Source: a bacterium
GTDB taxonomy: Bacteria; Patescibacteriota; Saccharimonadia; Saccharimonadales; UBA4665
Assembly (NCBI GenBank): GCA_021846795.1
Contig: JAJZWG010000001.1
Span: 1 to 45,371 of the forward strand
Direction of reading: 5' to 3'
Length of the DNA stretch: 45,371 nucleotides
The notes beneath the pieces were generated by a model. That model worked only from the letters and a program-made list of their open reading frames with translations. It searched no databases and was not told the origin of the DNA. Shown here piece by piece: positions 19,051-26,769 of this stretch (within the stretch, counting starts at the first letter, position 1; each line of letters begins with the position of its first letter). A program made the translations under genes and the position numbers.

Positions 19051-19563
19051 ATGATGAAAAAACTTTATCTGATTAGACATGGTCTAAGCCTCAATAATTC
19101 ATTGGGTTTATTTTCTGGGCATACCGAAACACCTTTAATTGATGAGGGTAAAAAACAAGCTAAACAAGCTGGTTTATACTTAAAAAATCATCACATAAAT
19201 ATAGATTGCATTGTTTCTTCGCCACTTCAACGAACTATTGAAACCGCTAAAATAATAGCTCATGAAATTAATTTTAACGACAAAGATATTATTATTAATA
19301 ATTTATTAATTGAAAGAAATTATGGTTCCTTTGAAGGTAAACCATATGTTCCTCATCTAGAACATCCAGATATTGAATCGATTGAATCCTTACAAAAACG
19401 AGCTGATCAAGTTTTAAAATTTTTGAAAAATTTAAAGGCTGATAACATATTATTGGTCACCCATGGAGCAATTGGACGTGCATTACAAGTAAGTTTACAC
19501 CCTGATTTAAAATTTCATGAAACTCAAAAGTTATTAAATAGCCGGCTCATTCAAATATTATGA
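19051..19563 (+). CDS. Histidine phosphatase family protein (phosphoglycerate mutase-like)
   Basis: LIRHG catalytic motif (YLIRHGLS), SSPLQRTIETA and a late TH (LLVTHGA). Confidence 0.75.
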   Translation: MMKKLYLIRHGLSLNNSLGLFSGHTETPLIDEGKKQAKQAGLYLKNHHINIDCIVSSPLQRTIETAKIIAHEINFNDKDIIINNLLIERNYGSFEGKPYVPHLEHPDIESIESLQKRADQVLKFLKNLKADNILLVTHGAIGRALQVSLHPDLKFHETQKLLNSRLIQIL

Positions 19564-19582
19564 TATTATATAGCCATATTTC

Positions 19583-19659
19583 GGCGACGTAGCTCAGTTG
19601 GTTAGAGCACAGGACTCATAAGCCTGGGGTCAGTGGTTCAAATCCACTCGTCGCTACCA
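19583..19659 (+). tRNA. tRNA-Met (CAU), elongator type, CCA encoded
   Basis: GGCGACGTAGCTCAGTTGGTTAGAGCACAGGACTCATAAGCCTGGGGTCAGTGGTTCAAATCCACTCGTCGCTACCA folds as a cloverleaf. By recall it is very close to E. coli elongator tRNA-Met. It has G1-U72 and an A31-G39 mismatch. Confidence 0.85.
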
Positions 19660-19671
19660 TTCATTAACAGT

Positions 19672-19700
19672 TTGACAGCCTTGTTTTTTGTATATATAAT
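19672..19700 (+). promoter_or_regulatory. Consensus sigma-70-type promoter of the mazEF module
   Basis: TTGACA (19672-19677), exactly 17 nt, TATAAT (19695-19700), then 9 nt to ATG 19710 with no SD. The palindrome GTAATTAC lies between the -10 and the ATG. Confidence 0.65.
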
Positions 19701-19709
19701 GTAATTACT

Positions 19710-19946
19710 ATGAATACATCGATTATTACTATTGGTAACTCAAAAGGCATACGTATTCCTAAACTCCTCCTAGAGGAAAGTGAGCTGTCTGGTGAGGTTG
19801 ATATAAAGGCTACTAAAGGAAAGATTAGCATTGTGGCTGCCAATCCAAAGTCTAAAATATCTGAAACCTCAATATTATCTGAAAAGGTTTTAGCAAGAGA
19901 TTGGTTACGTCCAGAGGAGGACAAAGCATGGGCAAGCTTAAAGTAG
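19710..19946 (+). CDS. mazE: AbrB/MazE-family antitoxin
   Basis: 78 aa with a SpoVT/AbrB swapped-hairpin motif (IITIGNSKGIRIPKLLLEE). It overlaps the downstream toxin gene. Confidence 0.75.
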   Translation: MNTSIITIGNSKGIRIPKLLLEESELSGEVDIKATKGKISIVAANPKSKISETSILSEKVLARDWLRPEEDKAWASLK

Positions 19947-20260
19947 GCCAAGTAGTTACCAGTAAATTCCCATTTTCGAATCTGTCTAGTCAAAAAATAA
20001 GACCTGCTCTAATTGTTGCAATCGTCGATTTTGGAGATGTGATTTTGTGTCAAATTACTTCCAAGAAATATTCAAGTTCTAATCCTATTAAGCTTGTATC
20101 TACCAACTTTGAGTCGGGTAGTTTACCAGTTGACAGTTTTATTAGACCTGATAAGTTATTTACCATCGATAAGTCAATGATTAGCACGGTATATGGTGAA
20201 TTAAATGATACAAAAACTGATGAAGTATTAAGCTCAATCAGAGATTTATTTAATGCCTAA
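19928..20260 (+). CDS. mazF: MazF/PemK-family endoribonuclease toxin
   Basis: MGKLKVGQVVTSKFPFSNLSSQKIRPALIV...SFIRPDKLFTIDKS. ATG 19928 overlaps the end of mazE by 19 nt. The track start 19901 is probably too early. Confidence 0.75.
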   Translation: MGKLKVGQVVTSKFPFSNLSSQKIRPALIVAIVDFGDVILCQITSKKYSSSNPIKLVSTNFESGSLPVDSFIRPDKLFTIDKSMISTVYGELNDTKTDEVLSSIRDLFNA

Positions 20261-20481
20261 GTTATTAGATCATAGATTTCAACAGTAATTCTCGAAAAAT
20301 AACTACCTAAAACTTATTTAGATAATATTCTTAAACTGTAAAAACTTCTTGTCTTACTTGCTTAACTATTTTCCACATTTCAATCAATTCTAGTTTGACT
20401 TGGTTCCAATTCGTTTTTATTATGTTACCAAAACGAACAGTCAAAACAGTCTTGTTTTTTTATGTATTACAATGTAATTAC

Positions 20482-20995
20482 ATGAATACATTAATTATAG
20501 TAACTCAAAACCTAAGCCTCTCTTAAAAGAAAGCGGATTATTCTAGCAAAATTGATATAAGAATTACTAAAAGAAAAATTAATATTGCAGCTACCGATCT
20601 AAAATTTAAACTATCGAAGCTTCAATATTATCTGAAAAAGTTTTAACAAAAGATTGATTATGCCCAGAAAAGGACAAAGCATGGGCAAATCTAAAATAGA
20701 CCGAGTAATTACCAGTAAATTCCCATTTTTTCAGATCTATCCAATCAAAAAATAAGACCGACTCAGTTATAGCGATCGTCGATTTTGAAGATTTAATTTC
20801 GTATTAAATTACTTTCAAGAAATATTTAAATTCTAATCTTATTGGGCTTATACTTGTTAATTAACAGTTTCATTAAACCTAATAAGCAATTTACTATTGA
20901 TAAATTAGATTATACGGGGCGAGTTAAATAATATAAAAACTAAAAAATCAGAAGTTTCAACTATATTCAATCAAACAATCTTATTGTAATGAATT
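20482..20995 (+). pseudogene. Decayed tandem duplicate of the mazE-mazF module
   Basis: Aligns by eye with 19680-20260. The shared stretches include the promoter-proximal GTAATTAC, ATGAATACAT, ATATTATCTGAAAA, GGACAAAGCATGGGCAA, ACCAGTAAATTCCCATTTT and ATCGTCGATTTTG. Multiple stops and indels are present. Confidence 0.8.
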
Positions 20996-21019
20996 TAATG
21001 TATCTTCATTATAAAAGAT

Positions 21020-21049
21020 ATAAAATCTGTTTTTAAAAACAGATTTTAT
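21020..21049. terminator. Perfect 30-nt palindrome, probable bidirectional terminator
   Basis: ATAAAATCTGTTTTTAAAAACAGATTTTAT, with U-rich flanks on both strands. It lies downstream of the pilin-like operon and the micro-ORF. Confidence 0.55.
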
Positions 21050-21066
21050 GCTCTTAAAAATTAAAA

Positions 21067-21156
21067 TTAGATCAGATCTTTAATTAATCGATCTATTTTT
21101 AAAATTTGACTGTCAGAGGTTTCCGACAACTCGTAGCGTAAGCCAAAAGATTGCAT
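21067..21156 (-). CDS. Candidate 29-aa micro-protein
   Basis: AAAAAGGAGGAAAAATG: a strong SD 4 nt from the ATG. Peptide MQSFGLRYELSETSDSQILKIDRLIKDLI. It lies between the last pilin-operon gene and the palindromic terminator. Confidence 0.3.
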   Translation of the reverse strand: MQSFGLRYELSETSDSQILKIDRLIKDLI

Positions 21157-21240
21157 TTTTCCTCCTTTTTTAATTGTTTTTGTTTTTGATAATAAATTAC
21201 CAATATTTATATAATAGTTTCCAAAAATTATTTTTACAAG

Positions 21241-21609
21241 CTATTTATTTTTTAATAATAAACTGTAGCTTTTTTTAGTTTTAAAAATAATGATAATAAT
21301 TAATAATAAACAAACTAAAATTATCGAAGAACCTAAATAAAAATCAACAGTTGGTATTGGTGATTGATTAGCAACAATAACTGGTTTTTGATTTTTTAAT
21401 AGAGAAGCTTGATTATTGCTAGAACTGTTTAAACCATTAACCGATAGATTAATATTATTAGCATTAGAATTAAGGATATTTTGATTTAAACCAGTTTGAA
21501 TATTATTGGTATTTTGACTTAAAACTCCGTTATTACCAACTATATTTTGTGGATTAGTAGTACCACCACCTAAAGTAGAATTACTACCTCCTTGATTAAC
21601 CGGATTCAT
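21241..21609 (-). CDS. Asn/Ser-rich low-complexity protein with a C-terminal TM anchor
   Basis: 122 aa with no signal peptide. N/S/G/Q-rich, then PIPTVDFYLGSSIILVCLLLIIIIIFKTKK (hydrophobic helix plus basic tail). Last gene of the pilin-like operon. Confidence 0.5.
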   Translation of the reverse strand: MNPVNQGGSNSTLGGGTTNPQNIVGNNGVLSQNTNNIQTGLNQNILNSNANNINLSVNGLNSSSNNQASLLKNQKPVIVANQSPIPTVDFYLGSSIILVCLLLIIIIIFKTKKSYSLLLKNK

Positions 21610-21649
21610 ACTTTTTATTCTATATTAATTAGGCTAAATTCACTAGTTT

Positions 21650-23209
21650 TTACGGCCTTAATAAAATTTGGCGCCAAGATAAAACACTATAACCTGATGT
21701 TAAAGGAAAATCTGGTGGTGGATTATATTTTAAATTATAATCATACTGTGTTGTGTTATTTAAAATTCCCGAAATATAACTGTTTTCTGGGCCATAATAA
21801 GCAGCATTACCACATTGATTACTACCGTCTAACCAAGTCCAAGTCCAAGTTTGTCGAGTACCAACTGATCCATAAAATAAAAATTTTTGGTTAGGCCCGA
21901 CCCAACCAGTAGTACAATACCAAGGATATGACTGGTAAACATCCGGATACCAAACATTGCCATTTTCAGCTAATAAAGCAGCATCAACTTCAAACGTAAA
22001 CGATGGATCACTTGGTGGTGGTGGCGCGTATGGTGCAATTATAACTGAATTTTGAGCAATTAAACCAATTGTATCTGTACCATTTTTCGTCCCATAAACT
22101 AATGGTCCAGCAATTTCAATATTAGCATAATTATTTGAGTTCGAGGCTGTTAATCGACCAGCCGCAATACTAACATTACCGTTAAAATCTGGATTAGATA
22201 AAACCCAAACATTAGCTTCGGCAAAAATAACTCCCTTAGAAGGAATAGGAATATTAGACGATATAGCCGTTAAACTTAAAGCCGTTTGATAATTTGATTG
22301 AGCATCGTTTTGGCCATTCACATCATATAAATTATAGGTACTATTTGAATTTAATTGAATTAAATAACCTTCGGTTGGACTATAAGCTCCTTTTCTGGCT
22401 GGCAAATAAGCCGGCGTTAAAGTTTTAGGTGTTTCAGAACAAGCATGAGGAGAATTATTAAATGATGCTGTTAAGGACTCTTCAGAAAATGCTTCTTGTT
22501 TCATATTGCAGAGACTTGACGATATTTCATTAAAATTAACTGTTGGAACTGGATATATCCAATCAGCTTTTGATCTAGTGTTACAATTAACCGGCGAAGT
22601 AACTGTTGGACTACACCAGACACCTGGTTCGGGGGTGCTACCATTGCCACCCAAACTAGTTGATGGTACATAACTACTATTAGCACTACTAACAGTTGAA
22701 GTATTAGGTCCATCCATTCTAATACCTTGATTGGAATCAACTGGTCCAGCAGCTGTTTCAGTTGCACCAAACCATAAAGCTGAATCACTCACAACACCAT
22801 AACTTGCAAACGATGGTACGCCAATTTGCGCCTGAACAGTTTGTTTGATTGAACTATTTAAAACCTGTCCGATCGATGTAACTTGTACAATTGTTGAATT
22901 ATTAACTGGTGGCTTAATATATAACGTGTATGTACCCTCAATTCGACCGTTAGCTCCGACATAGTTGTGAATATAAGGTCCATAACCAAGAGTGGGATTT
23001 TTAGCATAATTAGTTGTTCCGTCTGTATAGTTTGTGGCATTAATATCTAAATGCCATTGATAATAATTAATACCAGCTTCAGCTATGTTAAGAGCTTGTT
23101 GAGTTTGTAAATTATTACTAGCTACAAAAAAATTATTAAGAGTTACTCCTGTAATAGCTGAACCTAAAATAGAAAAAGCTATTATGACTGAAATTAATCC
23201 TGGTAACAT
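21650..23209 (-). CDS. PilX-like pilus-associated protein (large)
   Basis: N-terminal hydrophobic helix followed by LQTQQALNIAEAGINYY, which is typical of the PilX N-terminal domain. 519 aa, rich in N/S/T/G/Y. Confidence 0.6.
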   Translation of the reverse strand: MLPGLISVIIAFSILGSAITGVTLNNFFVASNNLQTQQALNIAEAGINYYQWHLDINATNYTDGTTNYAKNPTLGYGPYIHNYVGANGRIEGTYTLYIKPPVNNSTIVQVTSIGQVLNSSIKQTVQAQIGVPSFASYGVVSDSALWFGATETAAGPVDSNQGIRMDGPNTSTVSSANSSYVPSTSLGGNGSTPEPGVWCSPTVTSPVNCNTRSKADWIYPVPTVNFNEISSSLCNMKQEAFSEESLTASFNNSPHACSETPKTLTPAYLPARKGAYSPTEGYLIQLNSNSTYNLYDVNGQNDAQSNYQTALSLTAISSNIPIPSKGVIFAEANVWVLSNPDFNGNVSIAAGRLTASNSNNYANIEIAGPLVYGTKNGTDTIGLIAQNSVIIAPYAPPPPSDPSFTFEVDAALLAENGNVWYPDVYQSYPWYCTTGWVGPNQKFLFYGSVGTRQTWTWTWLDGSNQCGNAAYYGPENSYISGILNNTTQYDYNLKYNPPPDFPLTSGYSVLSWRQILLRP

Positions 23210-23228
23210 TTTTTAACTCTCATCATTA

Positions 23229-23843
23229 TTATTGTACAATACTCCGATTCCTTAAACTGATTATTAAATCAAGGGACTGACTTTTATTATTAGAACCCGC
23301 AATTGGTGACATTAAATTAATACCTACACTAATAATTAAATTATTGTCACTGATTGGTGGATAAAGAATATTTTGACCTAAGCCATAATACGTAAACAAA
23401 CCTATTGATGAATTATAGTCATATTTAGAAATTATGACATATTGCTTAGTTTCTGAAGTAATCGGCTGTCCGATTGGCGGATTAGCAGTCATTGGAGTTA
23501 CTGAAGCTAAAAGTTGATTTTTTTGACTATTTAAATAATATGTCACCTCAGAAACATATTGATCATTAAGTTTAAAATAAGAATAGAGGGTTAAACTATT
23601 AGTTGAAGCGTTAACTATACCAGTAGCTCCTCTAATAACATTACCAATTCTAGTTGATTCAACTTGTAAATTAGTTAACTCAATACTATTTTGTTGTTGA
23701 TCCAAAAAAGAAATTAAAGTATTGTCAAAAAATACGCCAAAAGTAGCAAACAAAACACCAACCACTAAAATCACTACCATCAATTCAATTAATGTAAAAC
23801 CTGTCTGATTTAAATTCTGATTTTTTAAATTACGACGAAACAA
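23229..23843 (-). CDS. Prepilin-type N-terminal cleavage/methylation domain protein (minor pilin)
   Basis: ...NQTG|FTLIELMVVILVVGVLF: class III signal peptide with Gly-1, Phe+1 and Glu+5. Confidence 0.8.
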   Translation of the reverse strand: MFRRNLKNQNLNQTGFTLIELMVVILVVGVLFATFGVFFDNTLISFLDQQQNSIELTNLQVESTRIGNVIRGATGIVNASTNSLTLYSYFKLNDQYVSEVTYYLNSQKNQLLASVTPMTANPPIGQPITSETKQYVIISKYDYNSSIGLFTYYGLGQNILYPPISDNNLIISVGINLMSPIAGSNNKSQSLDLIISLRNRSIVQ

Positions 23844-25386
23844 TGATACCTCCTAGTAACGGCGCAGCCGGTAATTTGAACGTATAACCCTTGGTTTGAA
23901 CTTCTAATTCCGTATTTCCAGTAATAACTCCCGTCAAATTAACTTGACAGTTTAAATTTGTTCCGTTGCCAGTACCAGTACATTGAGCTTTAAAAGTATT
24001 AGTATTTTGAATAAAACTTATCTGAGTTTGACAACTGCTAGCCGAATTACCGCATGGTAAATTAGTACCAGTAACATTAAAACTAAAATCTGATAAAGTA
24101 CTAGATGTTTCGCTAACTGTCGACGGCGTTAAAGTATCAATTCTAGGAAAAGCTGGATTAGAAGTTAAAATTAATCTAACTTCTTGTAAATAATTGTTCC
24201 CTTGATAAGGAAAATATGATCCACTATAAGTAGAAGATAAAAAAGTCGGTACTACAACTGGATAAAACGAATTATTGCCAGAATAAGCTACGGCAGCAGC
24301 TAAATAATAAGTTGTCCCATTAACAGAACATCCCTTATTGCCATTGGTACCACAAAAATAATAATTCCCTGGAACTAAATTCTGTAAGCCAACATAACCA
24401 CTAGAATTAGTAACCGGAGAAACATTAGGAGCGGTTTGACTATTATAGTAATAATCATAATTAGTACTAGAAGTATATTCTTTGTAACCTCCTTTAATAG
24501 CTACGGTTGCTTGACCAATCGGATTACCATTTATACCGGTTGCATTAATTAACAAACTGTATTGACCCATGGGTTTAAGAGTTAAAGTAACATAATCTGA
24601 ATTTTGTTGTAATAAATCTTGATTTGGATAAACTGGTACTAAATTTCCAAAATTAGCGATAGTTGATAAACTTGAATATCCTGAATAAGACGCCGAAACC
24701 ACATAATCAAATTTTCGATCTGGTGGCATGCCATAAAAAATAGCAATGCCATTTTGATCTGTTGTTTCTGAAGCATTAACATTGGGTGTAACTGATGAAT
24801 TGACAACATTAACTTTAGCACCAACAATTGGATTACCGTTATTATCAATTACTTTAACTATAATATTACCACTATTATTAATTACACCAGGAACAGGAGG
24901 AGCAATTTGAGTATCTAATTTAGCTAAAATTAGATTTGAATTATCCGTAACAACAACTCTAATATCTTTATAATCTTCTGCATCCCCTGGATTAGGTGCT
25001 CCTGGTGGCGGTGGATAATTTCGACAATATTCTTCCTCGAGTTGTAAATTTGGATAAGAACCACAACCATTATAAGCATCATCTACATAAACTATCTCAG
25101 TTTTAATAATATAAGTATGGCCATTAATAGTTTTATTGACTGCAGCTGGTAAGTATGAATTAGCTACAATTGGACCATTCTGTACAGCTAAATTCTGATA
25201 AGGAACTGTTTGATAATATTCCATTTGATTAGTTGCCAAAGTTAGGGCTTCGGCTTGACGACTAGCCACAATACTACTGTGAAGCACTGAAATATATAGG
25301 TTAAAAAATGCAATGACAATAATTAACAAAACTACCAAACTTAGCATTAATTCAATTAACGTAAAACCCTTACTATTTTTTAACAT
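23830..25386 (-). CDS. Large pilin-like protein with adhesin-type beta domains
   Basis: MLKNSKG|FTLIELMLSLVVLL prepilin motif. A CarboxypepD_reg-like segment (GNIIVKVIDNNGNPIVGAKVNVVN...TDQNGIAIFYGMPP) and a Cys-containing Ig/TIG-like C-terminus follow. It overlaps the next gene by 14 nt. Confidence 0.75.
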   Translation of the reverse strand: MLKNSKGFTLIELMLSLVVLLIIVIAFFNLYISVLHSSIVASRQAEALTLATNQMEYYQTVPYQNLAVQNGPIVANSYLPAAVNKTINGHTYIIKTEIVYVDDAYNGCGSYPNLQLEEEYCRNYPPPPGAPNPGDAEDYKDIRVVVTDNSNLILAKLDTQIAPPVPGVINNSGNIIVKVIDNNGNPIVGAKVNVVNSSVTPNVNASETTDQNGIAIFYGMPPDRKFDYVVSASYSGYSSLSTIANFGNLVPVYPNQDLLQQNSDYVTLTLKPMGQYSLLINATGINGNPIGQATVAIKGGYKEYTSSTNYDYYYNSQTAPNVSPVTNSSGYVGLQNLVPGNYYFCGTNGNKGCSVNGTTYYLAAAVAYSGNNSFYPVVVPTFLSSTYSGSYFPYQGNNYLQEVRLILTSNPAFPRIDTLTPSTVSETSSTLSDFSFNVTGTNLPCGNSASSCQTQISFIQNTNTFKAQCTGTGNGTNLNCQVNLTGVITGNTELEVQTKGYTFKLPAAPLLGGIIVSS

Positions 25387-25425
25387 CTACTTATTATTAT
25401 AAATAAAACATAAGAAATAAATAAA

Positions 25426-25457
25426 TTAAAAATACCGCCTAACTTGTAGGCGGTATT
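25426..25457 (-). terminator. Rho-independent terminator of hsp20
   Basis: On the minus strand: AATACCGCCT-acaagtt-AGGCGGTATT followed by TTTTAATTT. Confidence 0.75.
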
Positions 25458-25478
25458 AAATATTGAATTCTAAAACAA

Positions 25479-25895
25479 TTATTTAGAAGTTTTAGATTCA
25501 ATCGCAATTTTTTTAGGCTTTGGTAATTCTTTATATGGCACTGAAACAACCAATAAACCATGAGAAAACTTAGCTTTAATATTGTCTAAATCTACGTTTT
25601 TAGGTAATGAAAAACTTCGATAATAGCTAGTAGCACTTTCGCGGTGTAAATATTTTTTTTCAGTTTTTTCATTATGTTCAGCACTAATCTCTAAATTACC
25701 TTCATTTTCAGAAACATTAATCTCATTTTCTTTAAAATGAGGTAAATGAACCTCAACATTTATGGCTTTATCATCACCGTAAATATCTGTAACTGGTGTA
25801 ACTGAATTACTTTTAGAAAGATCATTAAAAAACTCATTTATTTGATTTTGAAAATTATTTAGATCTGCAAATGGATCGAATCTTACGATTGGCAT
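25479..25895 (-). CDS. Hsp20/alpha-crystallin small heat-shock protein
   Basis: 138 aa: DPFADL..., alpha-crystallin domain (..EVHLPHFKENEINVSENEGNLEISAEH...RSFSLP..VD.....A.F.HGLL.V..P). AAGGAGG SD. Confidence 0.9.
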   Translation of the reverse strand: MPIVRFDPFADLNNFQNQINEFFNDLSKSNSVTPVTDIYGDDKAINVEVHLPHFKENEINVSENEGNLEISAEHNEKTEKKYLHRESATSYYRSFSLPKNVDLDNIKAKFSHGLLVVSVPYKELPKPKKIAIESKTSK

Positions 25896-25957
25896 TTTAA
25901 ACCTCCTTCTTTTAAATTATTTAATGCTTCTTCAAGCAACATTAATAATATATATAA

Positions 25958-25984
25958 TTAGCACTCATATGTCAAGAGTGCTAA
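25958..25984 (-). promoter_or_regulatory. CIRCE operator plus hsp20 promoter
   Basis: TTAGCACTC-N9-GAGTGCTAA, a perfect match. On the minus strand TTGACA (25970-25975) is followed by a 17-nt spacer and TATATT (25947-25952). Confidence 0.85.
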
Positions 25985-26380
25985 TTATAGTAAAATTTTC
26001 AACATTGGGAATACCCTACTAAAAACTAAAAAAATAATATTATCAATCAAGAAATAGTTTTATTGCCAGTGATCTTAATGTCTCTTGGTGCGCTATCTCA
26101 ATCTATTCCCATATATAAAACTCTAAACAAATGTACAAAATCTTTTGAATGATATTTTCTAGCGTTTGGTAAAAATATAGTCGAACTTTTTAAGCACTTC
26201 TTTAGGATGATCTGCCGGTATATCTTCTTTTATTAAGTCGTTCATGATTTTTTTAAAAAAGATTCCTCGGTTTAACTTGAGTTTCATTAAATTCTTCTAT
26301 AACTTTTTATATATCAAACTAACTGTCTAAGATTTTCATTCCAATGTAATTCGAACAAAATTAAGACACTATAGTCGTAA

Positions 26381-26415
26381 AACTCGATCTCGTCTTTTAG
26401 ATGCATGATCTGGTT
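26381..26415 (+). repeat. Direct repeat copy A (matches 27645-27679)
   Basis: AACTCGATCTCGTCTTTTAGATGCATGATCTGGTT versus AACTCGATCTCATATCTTGGGTGCATGATTTGGTT: 29 of 35 identical by hand alignment. Weaker similarity extends ~8 nt further left. Confidence 0.6.
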
Positions 26416-26515
26416 AAGCATGCTGGTCTGAAACATTTTCGTAATCACATCCTACACATCACCCAAAGCCATAACTTAAGTTAACTTATCTGCATGGTGA
26501 GTGATTACAAAAACT

Positions 26516-26544
26516 TTGACACTAAATTATAATAAACTTATAAT
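26516..26544 (+). promoter_or_regulatory. Consensus promoter of phd-doc, leaderless-type
   Basis: TTGACA (26516-26521), 17 nt, TATAAT (26539-26544), then only 6 nt to ATG 26551 with no SD. Confidence 0.7.
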
Positions 26545-26550
26545 ATAAAT

Positions 26551-26769
26551 ATGATTGAAACAACTCAAAAAATTATTCAGATAGGTTCTAGCCAAGGTGT
26601 AACTTTATCAAAAAAGGACTTGGCAAGATTAGGGGCTAAGCGGGGCGATACTCTGAAACTTAAAGTAGAACTTGTCAATGGACACGATAAGCACCAGAAA
26701 TTATTACGCGAATATGAGGCGTTCGTAAACCAATATGGTCAAACCCTCAAAAACCTTGCGAAAAAATGA
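26551..26769 (+). CDS. AbrB/SpoVT-type antitoxin (Phd-equivalent partner of Doc)
   Basis: 72 aa with IIQIGSSQGVTLSKKDLARLG. The stop overlaps the doc start (ATGA). Confidence 0.75.
   Translation: MIETTQKIIQIGSSQGVTLSKKDLARLGAKRGDTLKLKVELVNGHDKHQKLLREYEAFVNQYGQTLKNLAKK

Noticed and set aside
19664-19993. 109-aa minus-strand ORF
   Set aside because: It lies antisense to the well-supported mazE/mazF start region, has no motifs and runs towards the tRNA 3' end. It is most likely a shadow ORF.
21592-21894. 100-aa plus-strand ORF
   Set aside because: It lies antisense to the 3' end of the PilX-like gene and the 5' end of the 122-aa gene. Its low-complexity AT-codon translation and lack of start-site signals argue against coding.
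22501-23040. Two minus-strand ORFs (95 and 60 aa) inside 21650-23209
   Set aside because: They are alternative frames of the same strand within the long PilX-like CDS. The long frame has the recognisable N-terminal domain.
24639-24848. 69-aa minus-strand ORF inside the 518-aa pilin-like gene
   Set aside because: It is an out-of-frame shadow of the longer, motif-bearing CDS.
26416-26480. Possible decayed tRNA copy following direct-repeat copy A
   Set aside because: Position-by-position comparison with the tRNA-fMet gene gave only about one third identity by hand (for example GGTCTGAAAC versus GGACTCGAAC). This is not clearly above the background for this composition.
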